A stretch of DNA of 64,000 nucleotides from an uncultured delta proteobacterium. Lineage in GTDB: Bacteria; Desulfobacterota; Desulfuromonadia; Desulfuromonadales; BM103. Positions 51,214 through 63,236 of the stretch are shown one piece after another. A program made the translations under genes and the position numbers. How positions within the stretch are numbered: position 1 is the first letter of the stretch; every line of letters begins with the position of its first letter. The stretch is taken from contig CAVQRZ010000023.1 in NCBI GenBank assembly GCA_963715335.1, positions 1-64,000 of the forward strand, in the 5' to 3' direction. Under the pieces are notes generated by a model, which saw only the letters and a program-made list of their open reading frames with translations, was not told where the DNA came from and made no database searches.

Positions 51214-52419
51214 TTATAAATTTTCCAATAGATGACCAAGTTTTTCCTGCTTGGTCTTGAGATACTTCAAGTTGCTCTTGGTGGCCTTGATCTCGATCGG
51301 AACCCGCTCGACAATTTCCAGGCCATAACCTTCAAGCCCAATTATTTTACGCGGATTATTGGTCAACAGACGGATCTTTCTGACCCCCAGTTCGCTAAGA
51401 ATCTGTGCGCCGATACCGTAATCACGCAGGTCGGCCTGAAAACCAAGAGCCTCATTGGCTTCGACAGTGTCGCATCCATCGTCCTGAAGGTTGTAAGCCT
51501 TGAGCTTATTAACCAGGCCAATACCGCGACCTTCCTGGCGCATGTAGAGGACGACGCCTCTGCCTTCCTTTTCGATAATACGCATCGAGGTATGCAACTG
51601 GTCACCGCAGTCACAGCGCTCCGAACCGAAAACATCTCCGGTCAGGCATTCGGAGTGGACCCTCACCAGGATCGGCTCATCTGGCTTGATGTCCCCTTTG
51701 TACAGGGCGAGATGCTGCGAGCTGTCAACTTCATTGTCATAAACCACCGCGTTGAATTCTCCCCCTGACCTAGTCGGCAGACGGGTTTCCGCAACGCGTG
51801 TAATGAGCAATTCCTTGCGCATGCGGTAAGCAACCATATCGGCGATTGTGACTATTTTCAACTGATGTTTATCAGCAAATTTAACCAGTTCTGGCATGCG
51901 TGCCATGGTACCGTCATCGTTCATGATCTCGCAGATGACACCGGCAGGCTTCAACCCTGCCATGCGGGCCAGGTCAACCGAACCCTCGGTCTGTCCTGCG
52001 CGCACCATAACTCCGCCTTTTTTGGCACGCAACGGAAAGACATGGCCCGGTCGGGCCAGGTCATTGGCGGTGGTTTCATCAGCTATGGCAACCTGAATGG
52101 TGCGGGCCCGGTCTGCGGCAGAGATTCCGGTCGTCACCCCGCGGCGGGCCTCGATAGAAATGGTAAAGGCGGTACCGAAAGAGGATGAGTTATTTTGAAC
52201 CATTAATGGCAAGTCAAGGTGATCCGCACGGTCTTCGGTCAAGGAAAGGCAGATCAGGCCACGGCCTTCCCTGGCCATAAAATTGACTGCTTCCGGAGTA
52301 ACCATTTCAGCCGCCATGCAGAGGTCGCCCTCGTTCTCCCGGTCTTCGTCATCGACCAGGACAACCATTTTCCCCTGACGGATATCTTCTAGGGCCTCTT
52401 TGACACGCGCTAATAGCAT
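51214..52419 (-). CDS. ribBA: Bifunctional DHBP synthase / GTP cyclohydrolase II
   Basis: [31 protein letters not shown]. Confidence 0.97.
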   Translation of the reverse strand: MLLARVKEALEDIRQGKMVVLVDDEDRENEGDLCMAAEMVTPEAVNFMAREGRGLICLSLTEDRADHLDLPLMVQNNSSSFGTAFTISIEARRGVTTGISAADRARTIQVAIADETTANDLARPGHVFPLRAKKGGVMVRAGQTEGSVDLARMAGLKPAGVICEIMNDDGTMARMPELVKFADKHQLKIVTIADMVAYRMRKELLITRVAETRLPTRSGGEFNAVVYDNEVDSSQHLALYKGDIKPDEPILVRVHSECLTGDVFGSERCDCGDQLHTSMRIIEKEGRGVVLYMRQEGRGIGLVNKLKAYNLQDDGCDTVEANEALGFQADLRDYGIGAQILSELGVRKIRLLTNNPRKIIGLEGYGLEIVERVPIEIKATKSNLKYLKTKQEKLGHLLENL

Positions 52420-52463
52420 AAAACTTCCCAATCTCTATAGGTTTCGCAAGGCTTCAAAATATC

Positions 52464-53111
52464 TCACAAAAAACCATGCTTGGCAAGGGTCTCCATCGTT
52501 ACGCCCTGCACCTTGCCATGGCCGCCATGCTGTAAAAAACGGGCAACATACTTGCCGATCAGGTCGGTCTCGATATTGACTTCATCACCGACTTTACGCT
52601 CCTGTAAAGTGGTCATGGCAAGAGTGTGGGGAATAACCGCAAGCGAAAAGGAATCGCTTTTTACTTGATTGACTGTCAGGCTGATCCCGTCAACGGCGAC
52701 GCTACCCTTGTCAACCAGTTGACTGAACAAGGTCGCGTCACCCTGGAACCTGAACCGCCAGGAATTGCCATCCTGCCGGCGCTCAACAAGCCGTGCCAGT
52801 CCATCCACGTGACCCGTGACCAGGTGCCCCCCGAGGCGATCAGAAAGCCGCAGTGCGCGCTCCAGGTTGACGCGCGATCCCGCAGAAAGTCGGCCCAAGG
52901 TTGTACAGTCGAGCGTTTCCGGAGAAACATCCGCAGAAAAAGCCCCCTCTGCGAACCGGGTTACGGTCAGGCAGACACCGTTGATCGCAATACTTTCACC
53001 GAGAGTGAATTCCACCATTGGCAAAGCCGTACCAACCGTCAGGACAGCCTGGCCTGCTCCGGTGCGGATGTCGCGTAAGATGCCGAGGTCCTCAATCAGG
53101 CCGGTGAACAT
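52464..53111 (-). CDS. ribE: Riboflavin synthase
   Basis: MFTGLIE, NGVCLTV, GGHLVTGHVD, DGISLT. Confidence 0.96.
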   Translation of the reverse strand: MFTGLIEDLGILRDIRTGAGQAVLTVGTALPMVEFTLGESIAINGVCLTVTRFAEGAFSADVSPETLDCTTLGRLSAGSRVNLERALRLSDRLGGHLVTGHVDGLARLVERRQDGNSWRFRFQGDATLFSQLVDKGSVAVDGISLTVNQVKSDSFSLAVIPHTLAMTTLQERKVGDEVNIETDLIGKYVARFLQHGGHGKVQGVTMETLAKHGFL

Positions 53112-54204
53112 ACTGCACCTCCCCTTCTATAAGAATATCGCAATCAACCCACCGGGTCTGCAACTCTTTCAAAGTGAAAGCCTTGCTGATGGCGTCAACG
53201 CCTTCACCCGTGAAGAGGCTCCGGCCTTCCCCACCGACCAGCTTCGGCGCGACGAAAATCATCAACCGGTCGACAAGCTCAGATTTCAGCATCGCCGCCG
53301 CCAGCTTGCTCCCCCCTTCAAGGAGGAGAGACTGAAGGTTTCGCCTGCCGAGTTCAATCAGCGCCTCATGCAAATCCAGGCCAGCTGCATGGCGCCGGAC
53401 CTGTATCACCTCAACACCTGCGGCCAGGAATGGTTGAACTTTCTCGGGACCATGTTCAGCAGCAGTGATCAAAAGAGATCCTGCCTGCGACGACTGAGTG
53501 TACACGTTCGCCTGCGGCGATGTTGAGAGCGAGCCGTCCAGGACAATTCGCACCGGGTCGCGACCTGGTACAGTCAATCTGGTTGTCAGTTTCGGATCGT
53601 CCGATTTCACGGTTCCCGAGCCGACCATAATGCCGTCGACCTGGTTACGAAACAGGTGGACCAGCTGCCGACTTTGTTCGCATGAGATCCATTTGGAGTC
53701 ACCGCTGGCTGTAGCCGTCTGACCATCCAGGGTCATGGCAGCCTTGTAGACAACGTACGGCAAGCCAGTCTTTAAAATCTTGCTAAAAGGCGCAATCAGG
53801 GTTCGGCATTCCGATCCGTTAAGCCCTTCGGTGACCTGGATCCCGGCATTCTGCAGGCGAATGATCCCTTTGCCGGCAACCTGCGGGTTGGGGTCAAGGG
53901 TTCCGACATGGACCCTGACGACACCTGCCTCGATGATCGCTTCCGTGCATGGGCCGGTTCGGCCAGTGTGACAGCATGGCTCGAGAGTAACATAGAGGTC
54001 CGCTCCTCGTGCGAGGGCGCCCGCCTCCCGTAACGCAAAGATTTCGGCATGCGGTTCCCCGGCTGCAGGGTGAAACCCTTCACCGACAACCTTGCCATCG
54101 CGTACGAGTACGGCACCAACCGGAGGATTGGGTGCTGTTCGGCCCAGCCCCATGCGGGCCAGAACAAGGGCTTGCTGCATGAATTGATCAGACTGGATTG
54201 TCAT
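53092..54204 (-). CDS. ribD: Bifunctional riboflavin deaminase/reductase
   Basis: PNPPVG, HAE, TLEPCCH...PC, TLDG, EGG; start taken at ATG 54204. Confidence 0.95.
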   Translation of the reverse strand: MTIQSDQFMQQALVLARMGLGRTAPNPPVGAVLVRDGKVVGEGFHPAAGEPHAEIFALREAGALARGADLYVTLEPCCHTGRTGPCTEAIIEAGVVRVHVGTLDPNPQVAGKGIIRLQNAGIQVTEGLNGSECRTLIAPFSKILKTGLPYVVYKAAMTLDGQTATASGDSKWISCEQSRQLVHLFRNQVDGIMVGSGTVKSDDPKLTTRLTVPGRDPVRIVLDGSLSTSPQANVYTQSSQAGSLLITAAEHGPEKVQPFLAAGVEVIQVRRHAAGLDLHEALIELGRRNLQSLLLEGGSKLAAAMLKSELVDRLMIFVAPKLVGGEGRSLFTGEGVDAISKAFTLKELQTRWVDCDILIEGEVQYVHRPD

Positions 54205-54241
54205 GATGGCTCGCTGTGCACCACCGAGCAGCGGAGAGGTG

Positions 54242-54706
54242 CTACGCTTGAGCGCCTTTGGCCAGGATGTCCTTGAGTTCGGACATAAATTCGTTGATAT
54301 CGCGGAATTGCCGGTAGACGGAGGCAAATCGCACATATGCAACTTCGTCGATTGATTGTAGTGCGCCCATGACCGCCTCACCGATACGACTGGCGGCGAT
54401 CTCCTTCTCACCACTTTCCTGCAGGGTAAGCTCCATCTGGTCGACAACTTTCTCGATGGTAGAAATAGAGACCGGACGCTTTTCACAGGCGCGCTGAATT
54501 CCGGAAATGATTTTCTGACGGTCAAAAGTTTCCCGTCGACCATCTTTCTTGATCACCAGGGGCAGAGTTTCTTCGACCCGCTCATAGGTTGTGAAACGTC
54601 GCTCGCAATCGATACATTCACGGCGTCTGCGAATATTATTGCCTTCCTTGCCGAGACGGGAGTCCACAACGCGTGTATCATCATGACTGCAAAACGGACA
54701 TTTCAT
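54242..54706 (-). CDS. nrdR: Transcriptional repressor NrdR
   Basis: [18 protein letters not shown] cone, AYVRFASVY. Confidence 0.97.
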   Translation of the reverse strand: MKCPFCSHDDTRVVDSRLGKEGNNIRRRRECIDCERRFTTYERVEETLPLVIKKDGRRETFDRQKIISGIQRACEKRPVSISTIEKVVDQMELTLQESGEKEIAASRIGEAVMGALQSIDEVAYVRFASVYRQFRDINEFMSELKDILAKGAQA

Positions 54707-54708
54707 AA

Positions 54709-55179
54709 TCAGTCTCCTGGTGTTTTACCAACAACTTCGGCAAAAAGTCGGGTCTCAATTCCAGCCTCTTCAAGCATCTCCATGGACAGTTTGTCAGAGT
54801 ATCCCTCGAGGTAAATAACTTTGCGGATGCCGGCATTGATCAGCATCTTCGTGCAGATGATGCAGGGTGAATTTGTGCAATACAGAGTCGAGTCAGAAAT
54901 GTTCACCCCATGCCTGGCCGCCTGGATTATCGCATTCTGCTCGGCATGCAGGCCACGGCACAGCTCGTGGCGCTCTCCGGAGGGAACATTCAATTGCTCA
55001 CGCAGACATCCGGTCACATCACAGTGCGTAATCCCCGACGGGGTGCCATTGTAACCGGTGGTGAGAATGTTCTTCTGTTTGACCATGACCGCACCAACCC
55101 GGCGGCGCATGCAGGTCGAACGTTTCGCCACCAGGCTGGCAATGTCCATGAAATATTCGTCCCAGGACGGTCTTTGCAT
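54709..55179 (-). CDS. dCMP deaminase / ComEB family
   Basis: [25 protein letters not shown]. Confidence 0.92.
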   Translation of the reverse strand: MQRPSWDEYFMDIASLVAKRSTCMRRRVGAVMVKQKNILTTGYNGTPSGITHCDVTGCLREQLNVPSGERHELCRGLHAEQNAIIQAARHGVNISDSTLYCTNSPCIICTKMLINAGIRKVIYLEGYSDKLSMEMLEEAGIETRLFAEVVGKTPGD

Positions 55180-56429
55180 TAAACAAGCCTGTGGGCGTAA
55201 AGCGGGAACTGCTTGCACAGCTCGCTTATTTCTCCGCGGATCCTGGCCAGCACGGCGTCATTTTCAATGTTCTGCAGGGCTTCATCAATCCATGCGCCAA
55301 TCTGTCGCATCTCATTTTCCTTCAAGCCACGAGTCGTGCTTGCCGGCGTACCGATGCGGACCCCGCTGGTAACAAATGGTGAGCGCGTATCAAAAGGCAC
55401 GGCATTCTTGTTAACGGTAATTCCTGCCTTTTCGAGCGTTTCCTCGGCGACCTTGCCAGTCAGGTCGCTGCCGCCGAAATCAACCAGCATCAGGTGGTTG
55501 TCAGTCCCTCCCGAGACGAGGGTGTAGCCACGTGCAACCAGTTCTGCAGCAAGGGCCTGGGCGTTTTTGACGACCTGCCCGGCATAGTCCTTGAATTCTG
55601 CTGTCAAGGCCTCCTTGAGAGCGACGGCTTTGGCCGCGATAACATGCATCAGCGGTCCACCCTGGATGCCGGGGAAGATATTGCTGTTCAGCTTCTTGGC
55701 AAATTCTTCCTGACAGAGGATCATGCCGCCGCGGGGGCCACGCAGGGTTTTATGCGTCGTGGTCGTCACGTATTCCGCATGCGGGACCGGTGAGGGATGG
55801 ACACCAGCAGCGACCAGACCGGCGATATGTGCCATATCAACCATGACCGGCGCACCGACCATGTCGGCAATCCGGCGAAAAGCTTCAAAGTCGATTGTCC
55901 GCGGATAAGCGCTGGCCCCGACCACGATCAGCTTGGGTCGGTGCTCTTTGGCCAACGACTCCACTTCGTCGTAATCGATCCTGCCGGTATCCCGGCGAAT
56001 CCCATATGGGACAATGTTGAATAATTTACCGGAGAAGTTGACCGGAGAGCCATGGGTAAGGTGACCGCCATGGGCCAGGTTCATACCCAGGACCGTGTCG
56101 CCCGGCTGGCAGGCGGCGAAATAAACCGCCATATTGGCCTGAGAGCCCGAATGAGCCTGAACATTGACATGTTCGGCACCAAACAGTTGCTTGGCACGAT
56201 CGATCGCCAATTGTTCGACGACATCAACAAATTCGCAACCGCCGTAATACCTTTTGGCAGGGTAGCCTTCGGCGTACTTGTTGGTCAGAACGGAACCTTG
56301 TGCAGCGAGGACTTCCTCACTGACAAAGTTTTCCGAGGCAATAAACTCCAGACTGTATTCCTGACGCTCCGTCTCCTGACGGATCGCTGCAGTGATTTCA
56401 GGGTCGAATTGAGCGAGCTTGTCAAACAT
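55179..56429 (-). CDS. glyA: Serine hydroxymethyltransferase
   Basis: [32 protein letters not shown]. Confidence 0.98.
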   Translation of the reverse strand: MFDKLAQFDPEITAAIRQETERQEYSLEFIASENFVSEEVLAAQGSVLTNKYAEGYPAKRYYGGCEFVDVVEQLAIDRAKQLFGAEHVNVQAHSGSQANMAVYFAACQPGDTVLGMNLAHGGHLTHGSPVNFSGKLFNIVPYGIRRDTGRIDYDEVESLAKEHRPKLIVVGASAYPRTIDFEAFRRIADMVGAPVMVDMAHIAGLVAAGVHPSPVPHAEYVTTTTHKTLRGPRGGMILCQEEFAKKLNSNIFPGIQGGPLMHVIAAKAVALKEALTAEFKDYAGQVVKNAQALAAELVARGYTLVSGGTDNHLMLVDFGGSDLTGKVAEETLEKAGITVNKNAVPFDTRSPFVTSGVRIGTPASTTRGLKENEMRQIGAWIDEALQNIENDAVLARIRGEISELCKQFPLYAHRLV

Positions 56430-56510
56430 TGACACAAACCTCCAGTTTAATGATCGGGAACCTTGCTTAAAATAAAACGGGCAGGCACTGGGCCTGCCCG
56501 CACACACCAA

Positions 56511-56966
56511 CTATATTCTGCCGGCGCGGAGGTCTTCTTCCAGCCGGGAGATCTTGTCGAGGCGCCGTTGATGACGACCAGCCTCGTAAGGTGAATCAAG
56601 CCACACGTTCACCATCTTTACGGCCAGGTCTTCGGCAAGGACCCGGCCACCCAAAACCAGAACGTTGGCATTGTTATGTTCTTTGGCCATTTGAGCCATA
56701 AACTCATCGGTTGCAAGAGCAGCGCGCACTCCAGGAAACTTGTTGGCCACAATTGACATACCAATACCCGTTCCGCAGACCAGGATACCAAGCTCAACAT
56801 CGCCGCGGGCAACAGCACCGGCTACTTTTTCCGCAAAATCCGGATAATCGACCGAATCGCCGTTGTCCGTTCCATAGTCGTCGACGTCCAGGCCGCGTAC
56901 AGCCAGGGCGGACTTGATGGCTTCTTTCAGTGCCAGCCCACCGTGGTCACTTCCGACAGCAATCAT
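56511..56966 (-). CDS. rpiB: Ribose-5-phosphate isomerase B
   Basis: GSDHGG, DYPD, CGTGIG, HNNAN, RHQRR. Confidence 0.96.
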   Translation of the reverse strand: MIAVGSDHGGLALKEAIKSALAVRGLDVDDYGTDNGDSVDYPDFAEKVAGAVARGDVELGILVCGTGIGMSIVANKFPGVRAALATDEFMAQMAKEHNNANVLVLGGRVLAEDLAVKMVNVWLDSPYEAGRHQRRLDKISRLEEDLRAGRI

Positions 56967-56968
56967 GA

Positions 56969-58201
56969 TCAGACCTTGCGGAAAAGAATTGTCGCATTGG
57001 TGCCGCCGAATCCGAGCGAATTGGAAAGAGCGACTTTCACGTCTGCCTGGCGGGCGTGGTTCGGCACGTAATCGAGATCACACTCAGGATCCGGCTCCGT
57101 ATAGTTGATCGTCGGCGGCACGACCCCGTGAGTTATGGCCAGAAGCGTGAAAATTGCCTCTACACCGCCGGCTGCGCCGAGCAGATGCCCGGTCATGCTC
57201 TTGGTCGAGCTGATCATTAACTTGCGGGCGTGGTCACCGAACACCGACTTGATCGCCATCGTCTCGTAGAGATCGTTGAATGGCGTGGACGTGCCGTGGG
57301 CATTAATGTAATCGACATCTTCGGGATTCAGCCCGGCCGTATCAAGAGCCATCTGCATGCAGCGGGCCGCGCCCTCACCACCTGGCGACGGTGCGGTCAG
57401 GTGATAAGCATCAGCGGTCAGGCCATAGCCGAGAACCTCGCCGTAGATTCGGGCCCCCCGCTTTTTCGCCGACTCATATTCTTCGAGAACAACGATACCG
57501 GAGCCCTCACCCATAACAAAACCATCGCGGTTCTTATCAAAAGGACGGCTTGCCGCGGTCGGATCGTCGTTGCGGGTTGACAGCGCCTTCATAACAGAAA
57601 AGCCGCCGATACCGAGAGAACAGACTGTCGACTCGGCGCCGCCAGAGATAACCGCGTCGGCATCGCCACGCTGGATCATACGAAAAGCATCGCCGATGGC
57701 ATGCGTGCCCGTGGCACAAGCTGACACAGGGGCGATATTGGGCCCCTTGGCACCATGCTTTATGGAAATTTGGCCGGCGGCCAGATTGATAATCGACATC
57801 GGGATAAAGAAAGGGCTGATTTTACGATAACCCCCTTCAATCAATGCACTGTGGTATCTCTCTATGGACGGCAGCCCGCCCATTCCCGAGCCGACGACAA
57901 CACCGACACGTTCCGCGTTATCGTCATTGATCTCGAGACCTGAATCAGCAATCGCCATGGTTGCAGCGGCAAGTGCATAATGGATAAAGAGGTCCATCTT
58001 GCGGGCCTCTTTCTTGTCAATAAAATCATCAAGGGGCAAGTCCCTGATTTCACCGGCAAACTTGACTGGAAAATCGGTCGTGTCAAAATGAGTAATCGGC
58101 CCGATTCCGGAACGACCACTGGTCAACGCATCCCAGTTTTTTTCGAGACCGGTTCCCAAAGGGGAAGTGATTCCCAGACCTGTTACAACGACTCTGCGCA
58201 T
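56969..58201 (-). CDS. fabF: Beta-ketoacyl-ACP synthase II
   Basis: [36 protein letters not shown]. Confidence 0.97.
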   Translation of the reverse strand: MRRVVVTGLGITSPLGTGLEKNWDALTSGRSGIGPITHFDTTDFPVKFAGEIRDLPLDDFIDKKEARKMDLFIHYALAAATMAIADSGLEINDDNAERVGVVVGSGMGGLPSIERYHSALIEGGYRKISPFFIPMSIINLAAGQISIKHGAKGPNIAPVSACATGTHAIGDAFRMIQRGDADAVISGGAESTVCSLGIGGFSVMKALSTRNDDPTAASRPFDKNRDGFVMGEGSGIVVLEEYESAKKRGARIYGEVLGYGLTADAYHLTAPSPGGEGAARCMQMALDTAGLNPEDVDYINAHGTSTPFNDLYETMAIKSVFGDHARKLMISSTKSMTGHLLGAAGGVEAIFTLLAITHGVVPPTINYTEPDPECDLDYVPNHARQADVKVALSNSLGFGGTNATILFRKV

Positions 58202-58312
58202 GAGGGTTATCTCCTCCAGACACAAAACCAGTCCCCGACAACCCGCCTGGGTCGCCGGGGAAGGTCATGTTATATATGACAACCTCGCTTAAATCCTGTG
58301 GTTGCCCGAAAC

Positions 58313-58546
58313 TTAGGCACCTTCGCCGATATAATCGATGGCATCCTGAACCGTCTGAATTTTTTCAGCATCCTCATCGGAGATCTCGATGTCGAATTCT
58401 TCCTCCAGGGCCATTACCAGCTCAACTGTATCCAGGGAGTCCGCACCGAGGTCGTCCATAAAAGACGCTTCGTTGGTCACCTGGTCCTCATCCACCCCCA
58501 ACTGTTCTGCAACAATCTGCTTGATACGCTCGTTAATACTGGACAT
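58313..58546 (-). CDS. acpP: Acyl carrier protein
   Basis: [14 protein letters not shown]. Confidence 0.98.
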   Translation of the reverse strand: MSSINERIKQIVAEQLGVDEDQVTNEASFMDDLGADSLDTVELVMALEEEFDIEISDEDAEKIQTVQDAIDYIGEGA

Positions 58547-58618
58547 TGTAGATCCTCCTTTTGGTTTCGATTCGATCTGTGACCGTCTCGTTTATGTTGT
58601 GTATCATCCACCGGTTGT

Positions 58619-59356
58619 TTACATATACATGCCGCCATTAACTCCCAGGACCTGACCGGTCACATAAGATGACTGGTCAGAACAGAGGAAGATTACGGCA
58701 TTTGCGATATCATTCACCTCACCAAGCCGCCCCAGCGGAATCTGCTCGGTCATTGCCTCACGAGCTTTATCCGTCATGCCGTCCGTCATATCCGTGACAA
58801 TAAAGCCAGGCGTAATGGCATTAACAGTCACGTTTCGTCGCGCCAGCTCGCGCGCAACAGACTTGGTCAAGCCGAGCAGTCCGGCCTTACTGGCACAGTA
58901 GTTCGCCTGGCCGGCGTTACCCATTTCACCAACGACTGACGAGATGTTGACAATCCGACCCGACCTTTGTTTGCTCATAACCTTTGCCGCGGCACGAATA
59001 CAGAGGAAAGCCCCTTTCAGATTCGTGTCAAGGACCGCGTCCCAGTCTTCGTCCTTCATGCGAAGCAGAAGACCGTCACGGGTAATGCCGGCGTTGTTGA
59101 CCAGGATGTCAACCTGACCATACACGTCAACAGCCTGTCCGATAAGGTGTGCGGCATCGGTGCCGACAGCGATATCACCAGCAACAGCGGTCGCCTCACC
59201 GCCCTGCCCCTTGATCTCGGCGACGAGAGTATCCAGAGCTTCAGCGTTTCGGGCCGACGCAACAACTTTAGCGCCTTGTGCGGCAAGTGCAAGAGCAATT
59301 GCGCGACCAATGCCGCGTGAAGCACCGGTCACTATAGCAACCTTTTCCGTCAACAT
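58619..59356 (-). CDS. fabG: 3-oxoacyl-ACP reductase
   Basis: TGASRGIG, NNAGITRD, YCASK. Confidence 0.97.
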   Translation of the reverse strand: MLTEKVAIVTGASRGIGRAIALALAAQGAKVVASARNAEALDTLVAEIKGQGGEATAVAGDIAVGTDAAHLIGQAVDVYGQVDILVNNAGITRDGLLLRMKDEDWDAVLDTNLKGAFLCIRAAAKVMSKQRSGRIVNISSVVGEMGNAGQANYCASKAGLLGLTKSVARELARRNVTVNAITPGFIVTDMTDGMTDKAREAMTEQIPLGRLGEVNDIANAVIFLCSDQSSYVTGQVLGVNGGMYM

Positions 59357-59397
59357 GTCAAGAATTCCTCCAAGGTTATACGGTTAACGCACTGATA

Positions 59398-60297
59398 TCA
59401 GGTGACATTTTGTACGTTCTGAACAGTGCACTCCTTGGCCATCCGCTTGACCAGTCCAGCAAGGACTTTACCAGGGCCAATCTCAATATAACGATCGACG
59501 CCAAGCTTGACCATGCAGGCGATTGACTCTTCCCAGCGAACCGGCGCACTAACCTGATCAACCAGCAACTGGCAGACACGCGACGAGTCCTGGTTGAGAG
59601 TCGCCTCAACATTCGTTATCACCGGGACCGTCATGGCGCCGACCTTGATAGCGGCAAGGATGCCTGCCAATCGTTCACCGGCAGGGGCCATCAGGCTGCA
59701 ATGGAATGGAGCGCTGACAGGCAGCGGCAAAGCACGCTTGGCGCCATTCTCCTTGGCCAGGGCTATGGCACGGTCTACGGCTTCGGTATGCCCTGCAATA
59801 ACCACCTGCCCTGCACTGTTGAAATTTGCCGGAGAAACTACCTGCCCCTGAGCTGCATCGTTGCAAACCTTGTCCAAGGCCTCCATATCAAGGCCCAGAA
59901 TTGCTGCCATGGCGCCAGTGCCTACCGGAACAGCTTGCTGCATGAAGGTGCCGCGCTGGCGGACAATCCGCACCGCATCGGCAAAGGTCAGGGCGCTGGC
60001 ACAGACCAGGGCACTGTATTCGCCTAGGGAATGGCCTGCTGCACAATTCGGAGCAATCCCGGTCTCGGTCTCCAGAACACGCAGTGCTGCAATACTGGTT
60101 GTGAGTATTGCCGGTTGCGTATTGGCTGTCAACTTCAGATCTTCCTCGGGGCCGTTGAAACAGAGAGACGCCAGGTCAACACCCAAAGCGTCGTTCGCCT
60201 CTTCGAAAACTTGCCTGGCAATCGGAAAGTTCTCCGCAAGGTCCTTGCCCATTCCGGCATATTGTGACCCCTGTCCGGGGAACAGAAAAGCAATCAT
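59398..60297 (-). CDS. fabD: Malonyl-CoA:ACP transacylase; 3' end possibly frameshifted (alternative stop at 59376)
   Basis: FPGQGSQ, GHSLGEY, VSAPFH, EIGPGKVL. Confidence 0.95.
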   Translation of the reverse strand: MIAFLFPGQGSQYAGMGKDLAENFPIARQVFEEANDALGVDLASLCFNGPEEDLKLTANTQPAILTTSIAALRVLETETGIAPNCAAGHSLGEYSALVCASALTFADAVRIVRQRGTFMQQAVPVGTGAMAAILGLDMEALDKVCNDAAQGQVVSPANFNSAGQVVIAGHTEAVDRAIALAKENGAKRALPLPVSAPFHCSLMAPAGERLAGILAAIKVGAMTVPVITNVEATLNQDSSRVCQLLVDQVSAPVRWEESIACMVKLGVDRYIEIGPGKVLAGLVKRMAKECTVQNVQNVT

Positions 60298-60316
60298 ATC
60301 GATTCGAACTCCAAAC

Positions 60317-61297
60317 TTACCAGCGCAGACAGGTTGCAGCCCAGGTGAAGCCGCCACCAAAAGCATTCATTACAATAATGTCGTTCTTTTTCAATTTTCC
60401 GGCCCGATTCGCTTCATCAAGGGCCAGGGGGATCGTCGCCGCAGACGTATTACCGAAGCGATCGACATTAATATAAACCCTCTCAGCAGGCAGCTTCATC
60501 CGTTTCGCCGTTGCTTCAAGAATCCGGATATTGGCCTGGTGCGGAATCAGAAGGTCAACATCGTCAACCGTCATGCCATTGGCATCGAGTGCTTCCTGGG
60601 CAACTTCTGCCAGCATCTTTACCGCAACCTTGAAAACCTCGTTGCCCTGCATCTTCAAAAAATAACCACGATCACGGACAAGCTCCTCAGTCGGCGTCAC
60701 GGCAGTGCCGAACCCCGGTTGGTACAGTAACTCAAGATATGATCCGTCAGCGTGCAAATGTGAAGAGAGAATGCCCCGCTCACCTTCCCGGGCCTCAAGG
60801 ACCACAGCGCCGGCTGCGTCGCCGAACAGAAGACAGGTGTTGCGGTCATTGTAATCAACGATGCGTGAGAGCGTTTCTGCACCGATGACCAGCGCCCGTT
60901 TAATCGCGCCCGATTCAATCTGGGCGACCGCATTGCTCAGCGCATAGAGGAAACCGCTACAGGCCGCAGAAATATCGAAAGCCCCGCACTGCCTGGCGCC
61001 GAGCTTGTTCTGAACGATACAGGCCGTTGCCGGCCACGGATAATCTCCGGTGATCGTAGCTACAATGATCAAGTCAATATCTTCAGCCTTGATGCCGGCC
61101 ATATCAAGGGCGTTACGGGCGGCATGAACACACAGATCGGAGGTGTTCTCACCTTCAGCAGCGATATGTCGCTCGCGAATGCCAGTGCGGGCCACAATCC
61201 ACTCATCGGTGGTGTCGAGATACTTCTCGAAATCCTGATTGGTGAGAATTTTTTCAGGGACGTAAGATCCGGTACCGGTAATCCGTACTTTAATCAC
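60317..61297 (-). CDS. fabH: Beta-ketoacyl-ACP synthase III
   Basis: AACSGF, LFGDAAGA, PHQAN, GNTSAA. Confidence 0.97.
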   Translation of the reverse strand: MIKVRITGTGSYVPEKILTNQDFEKYLDTTDEWIVARTGIRERHIAAEGENTSDLCVHAARNALDMAGIKAEDIDLIIVATITGDYPWPATACIVQNKLGARQCGAFDISAACSGFLYALSNAVAQIESGAIKRALVIGAETLSRIVDYNDRNTCLLFGDAAGAVVLEAREGERGILSSHLHADGSYLELLYQPGFGTAVTPTEELVRDRGYFLKMQGNEVFKVAVKMLAEVAQEALDANGMTVDDVDLLIPHQANIRILEATAKRMKLPAERVYINVDRFGNTSAATIPLALDEANRAGKLKKNDIIVMNAFGGGFTWAATCLRW

Positions 61298-61321
61298 TTT
61301 TCTGCTCCTTGCGGTGTGCAG

Positions 61322-62368
61322 TTAACTGACAGCTTCAGCAGGATCAGCATCATCCTTGATTTCCATGCGAACTTCATCGAGACGTTCAATCATGCGTTTC
61401 TCTACCTGGCGTTTACCGTAATCATGAGCCATCTTGATAGCGTTCATGATCGCTCTCGGGCTGGAACTGCCGTGGCAAATCATGGCAGTACCCTGGATGC
61501 CTAACAGGGGGGCGCCGCCATATTCGGCATAATCAACCTTTTTGCGGAACGCTTTCAGGGAGGGCTTTACCAGAAAATAGCCGATTTTAGACATGAGTCT
61601 GGAACTGAGTTCCCTGCGCAGCATCAGCCCCATTGCTTCTGCAAGGCCTTCTGAAACTTTCAGCACGACGTTCCCGACAAAACCGTCACAGACAACCACA
61701 TCGAGCTTGCCATTGTAAATATCGCGGCCTTCGGAATAACCAGCGTAATTCAAGGAGGTATCCTTGAGTTTCAGGTTGGTCAGGCGTGTCAGTTCATTCC
61801 CCTTGGACTCTTCTTCCCCATTTGACAGCAACCCGACACGCGGAGATTTTTTTTCGAACATCTGGGCACTGAAAACGCTCCCCATCAGGGCAAACTGGAG
61901 AAGATGCAAGGGTTTGCAGTCTACGGTGCCGCCAACGTCAAGGATAATCGTCTGGTCCTTCAGGTTCGGGACCACAGTTGCAATCGCCGGGCGGTCAATC
62001 CCTGGGATGCGTTTCAGCACAAACATCCCGGCGGCCATCGTGGCGCCGGAATTACCGGTACTCACAACCGCGCTGGCTTGCCCCTGTTTGACCAGGTCAA
62101 AGGCAACGCGAATTGACGAATCCTTTTTCTTGCGGACCGCATCAGAGGCCGAATCGTGCATGCCGACAACTTCACTCGCCTGCACGACCTTTATATCAAG
62201 GCCCTGGATATCGTGGTTTGCCAGCTCCTGTTCAACAAGTTCGGAGCGACCAACCAGGATAATAGGAATCTGCCACTTTCGGGCAGCCATGACTGCACCG
62301 GCAACTTCATGGGCAGGAGCGTTATCTCCCCCCATGACATCAATGGCGACGATAGGACGACTATTCAA
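61322..62368 (-). CDS. plsX: Phosphate acyltransferase PlsX
   Basis: [35 protein letters not shown]. Confidence 0.96.
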   Translation of the reverse strand: MNSRPIVAIDVMGGDNAPAHEVAGAVMAARKWQIPIILVGRSELVEQELANHDIQGLDIKVVQASEVVGMHDSASDAVRKKKDSSIRVAFDLVKQGQASAVVSTGNSGATMAAGMFVLKRIPGIDRPAIATVVPNLKDQTIILDVGGTVDCKPLHLLQFALMGSVFSAQMFEKKSPRVGLLSNGEEESKGNELTRLTNLKLKDTSLNYAGYSEGRDIYNGKLDVVVCDGFVGNVVLKVSEGLAEAMGLMLRRELSSRLMSKIGYFLVKPSLKAFRKKVDYAEYGGAPLLGIQGTAMICHGSSSPRAIMNAIKMAHDYGKRQVEKRMIERLDEVRMEIKDDADPAEAVS

Positions 62369-62379
62369 AGGAAGCGCCC

Positions 62380-62559
62380 TTATGCTTCAGTGTTGAGGAC
62401 TTCCTTGCCCTTGTAGCTGCCACAGGAAGGACAAGCGCGATGAGCCTGTTTGGGTTCCTTGCATTGCGGGCAGAGAGCGATACCGGGAGTTTTCAAGCTG
62501 TCATGGGAGCGGCGCATATTGCGCTTGGATTTCGAGGTTTTTTTCTTCGGGACTGCCAT
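62380..62559 (-). CDS. rpmF: 50S ribosomal protein L32, absent from the ORF track
   Basis: [19 protein letters not shown]...[22 protein letters not shown]. Confidence 0.96.
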   Translation of the reverse strand: MAVPKKKTSKSKRNMRRSHDSLKTPGIALCPQCKEPKQAHRACPSCGSYKGKEVLNTEA

Positions 62560-62633
62560 TGTCTAAGAGTCTCCTTAAAATATGCCGATTTTCTGGTCTG
62601 ATATGTTGGTGGGCGCCATGCCCTTGTTCCTGG

Positions 62634-63173
62634 CTATTCTACTCTGAAGTTTTTCAATGCGGCAAGGCCTGCATGAAAAACCGGCGGTTCGCATGGACAT
62701 TGTCTCTGGTTCAGATCGACGCCGCAAACCGGACACAGCCCTTTACAGTCATCTCCGCAAATGAGTTGCTGCGGTAAAGCCATGACAATCTCCTGCTCGA
62801 CATCAGGCCGCAGGTCAATCTCCGTACCGGAGTAGGTTATCAGGCCCAGCTCTTCCCCCTGGATTTCCAAATCCTCGGCGATGTTTGCTTCGTCACTGGC
62901 CAGGTCGCTGTAACAGAACAACGCCTGAATCTCCAGATGACTGGTGACGGGCTTCAGACAGCGGGCGCACGATGACGTTACCGTTGTCTCCAGATTGCCG
63001 CCCACCTCGATGATCTTACCTGCCCAGGTTGCAGTCAAAGTACCGTGGATAGTATCATTAAAGACCACCGTTCCCTGATCAATGAGCTCACGCAGGAATG
63101 TGAAGCCGGAGGCCTGCTCATCAATCTCGATCCGGCGCGGCCGCCTTTTCAGCTTGTCGATCTGTATAAGCAC
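62634..63173 (-). CDS. yceD: YceD/DUF177 family protein
   Basis: CARCL, IDL, CKGLCPVCG; upstream of rpmF. Confidence 0.92.
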   Translation of the reverse strand: MLIQIDKLKRRPRRIEIDEQASGFTFLRELIDQGTVVFNDTIHGTLTATWAGKIIEVGGNLETTVTSSCARCLKPVTSHLEIQALFCYSDLASDEANIAEDLEIQGEELGLITYSGTEIDLRPDVEQEIVMALPQQLICGDDCKGLCPVCGVDLNQRQCPCEPPVFHAGLAALKNFRVE

Positions 63174-63208
63174 GACAATTCACCTCATTCCAACTCAGGC
63201 AGGGCGCC

Positions 63209-63236
63209 AGTATAGGAACCTCTCGGCAACAGTCAA
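63209..63236 (-). promoter_or_regulatory. sigma70 promoter of the yceD-rpmF-plsX-fab operon
   Basis: TTGACT-N16-TATACT. Confidence 0.6.

Noticed and set aside
54205..54543. 113-aa N-terminal extension of RibD in the ORF track
   Set aside because: It overlaps nrdR out of frame; RibD homology begins at ATG 54204.
59398..59400. fabD TGA as a selenocysteine codon
   Set aside because: Not a catalytic Cys position, no SECIS-like hairpin, and the read-through frame is not FabD-like.
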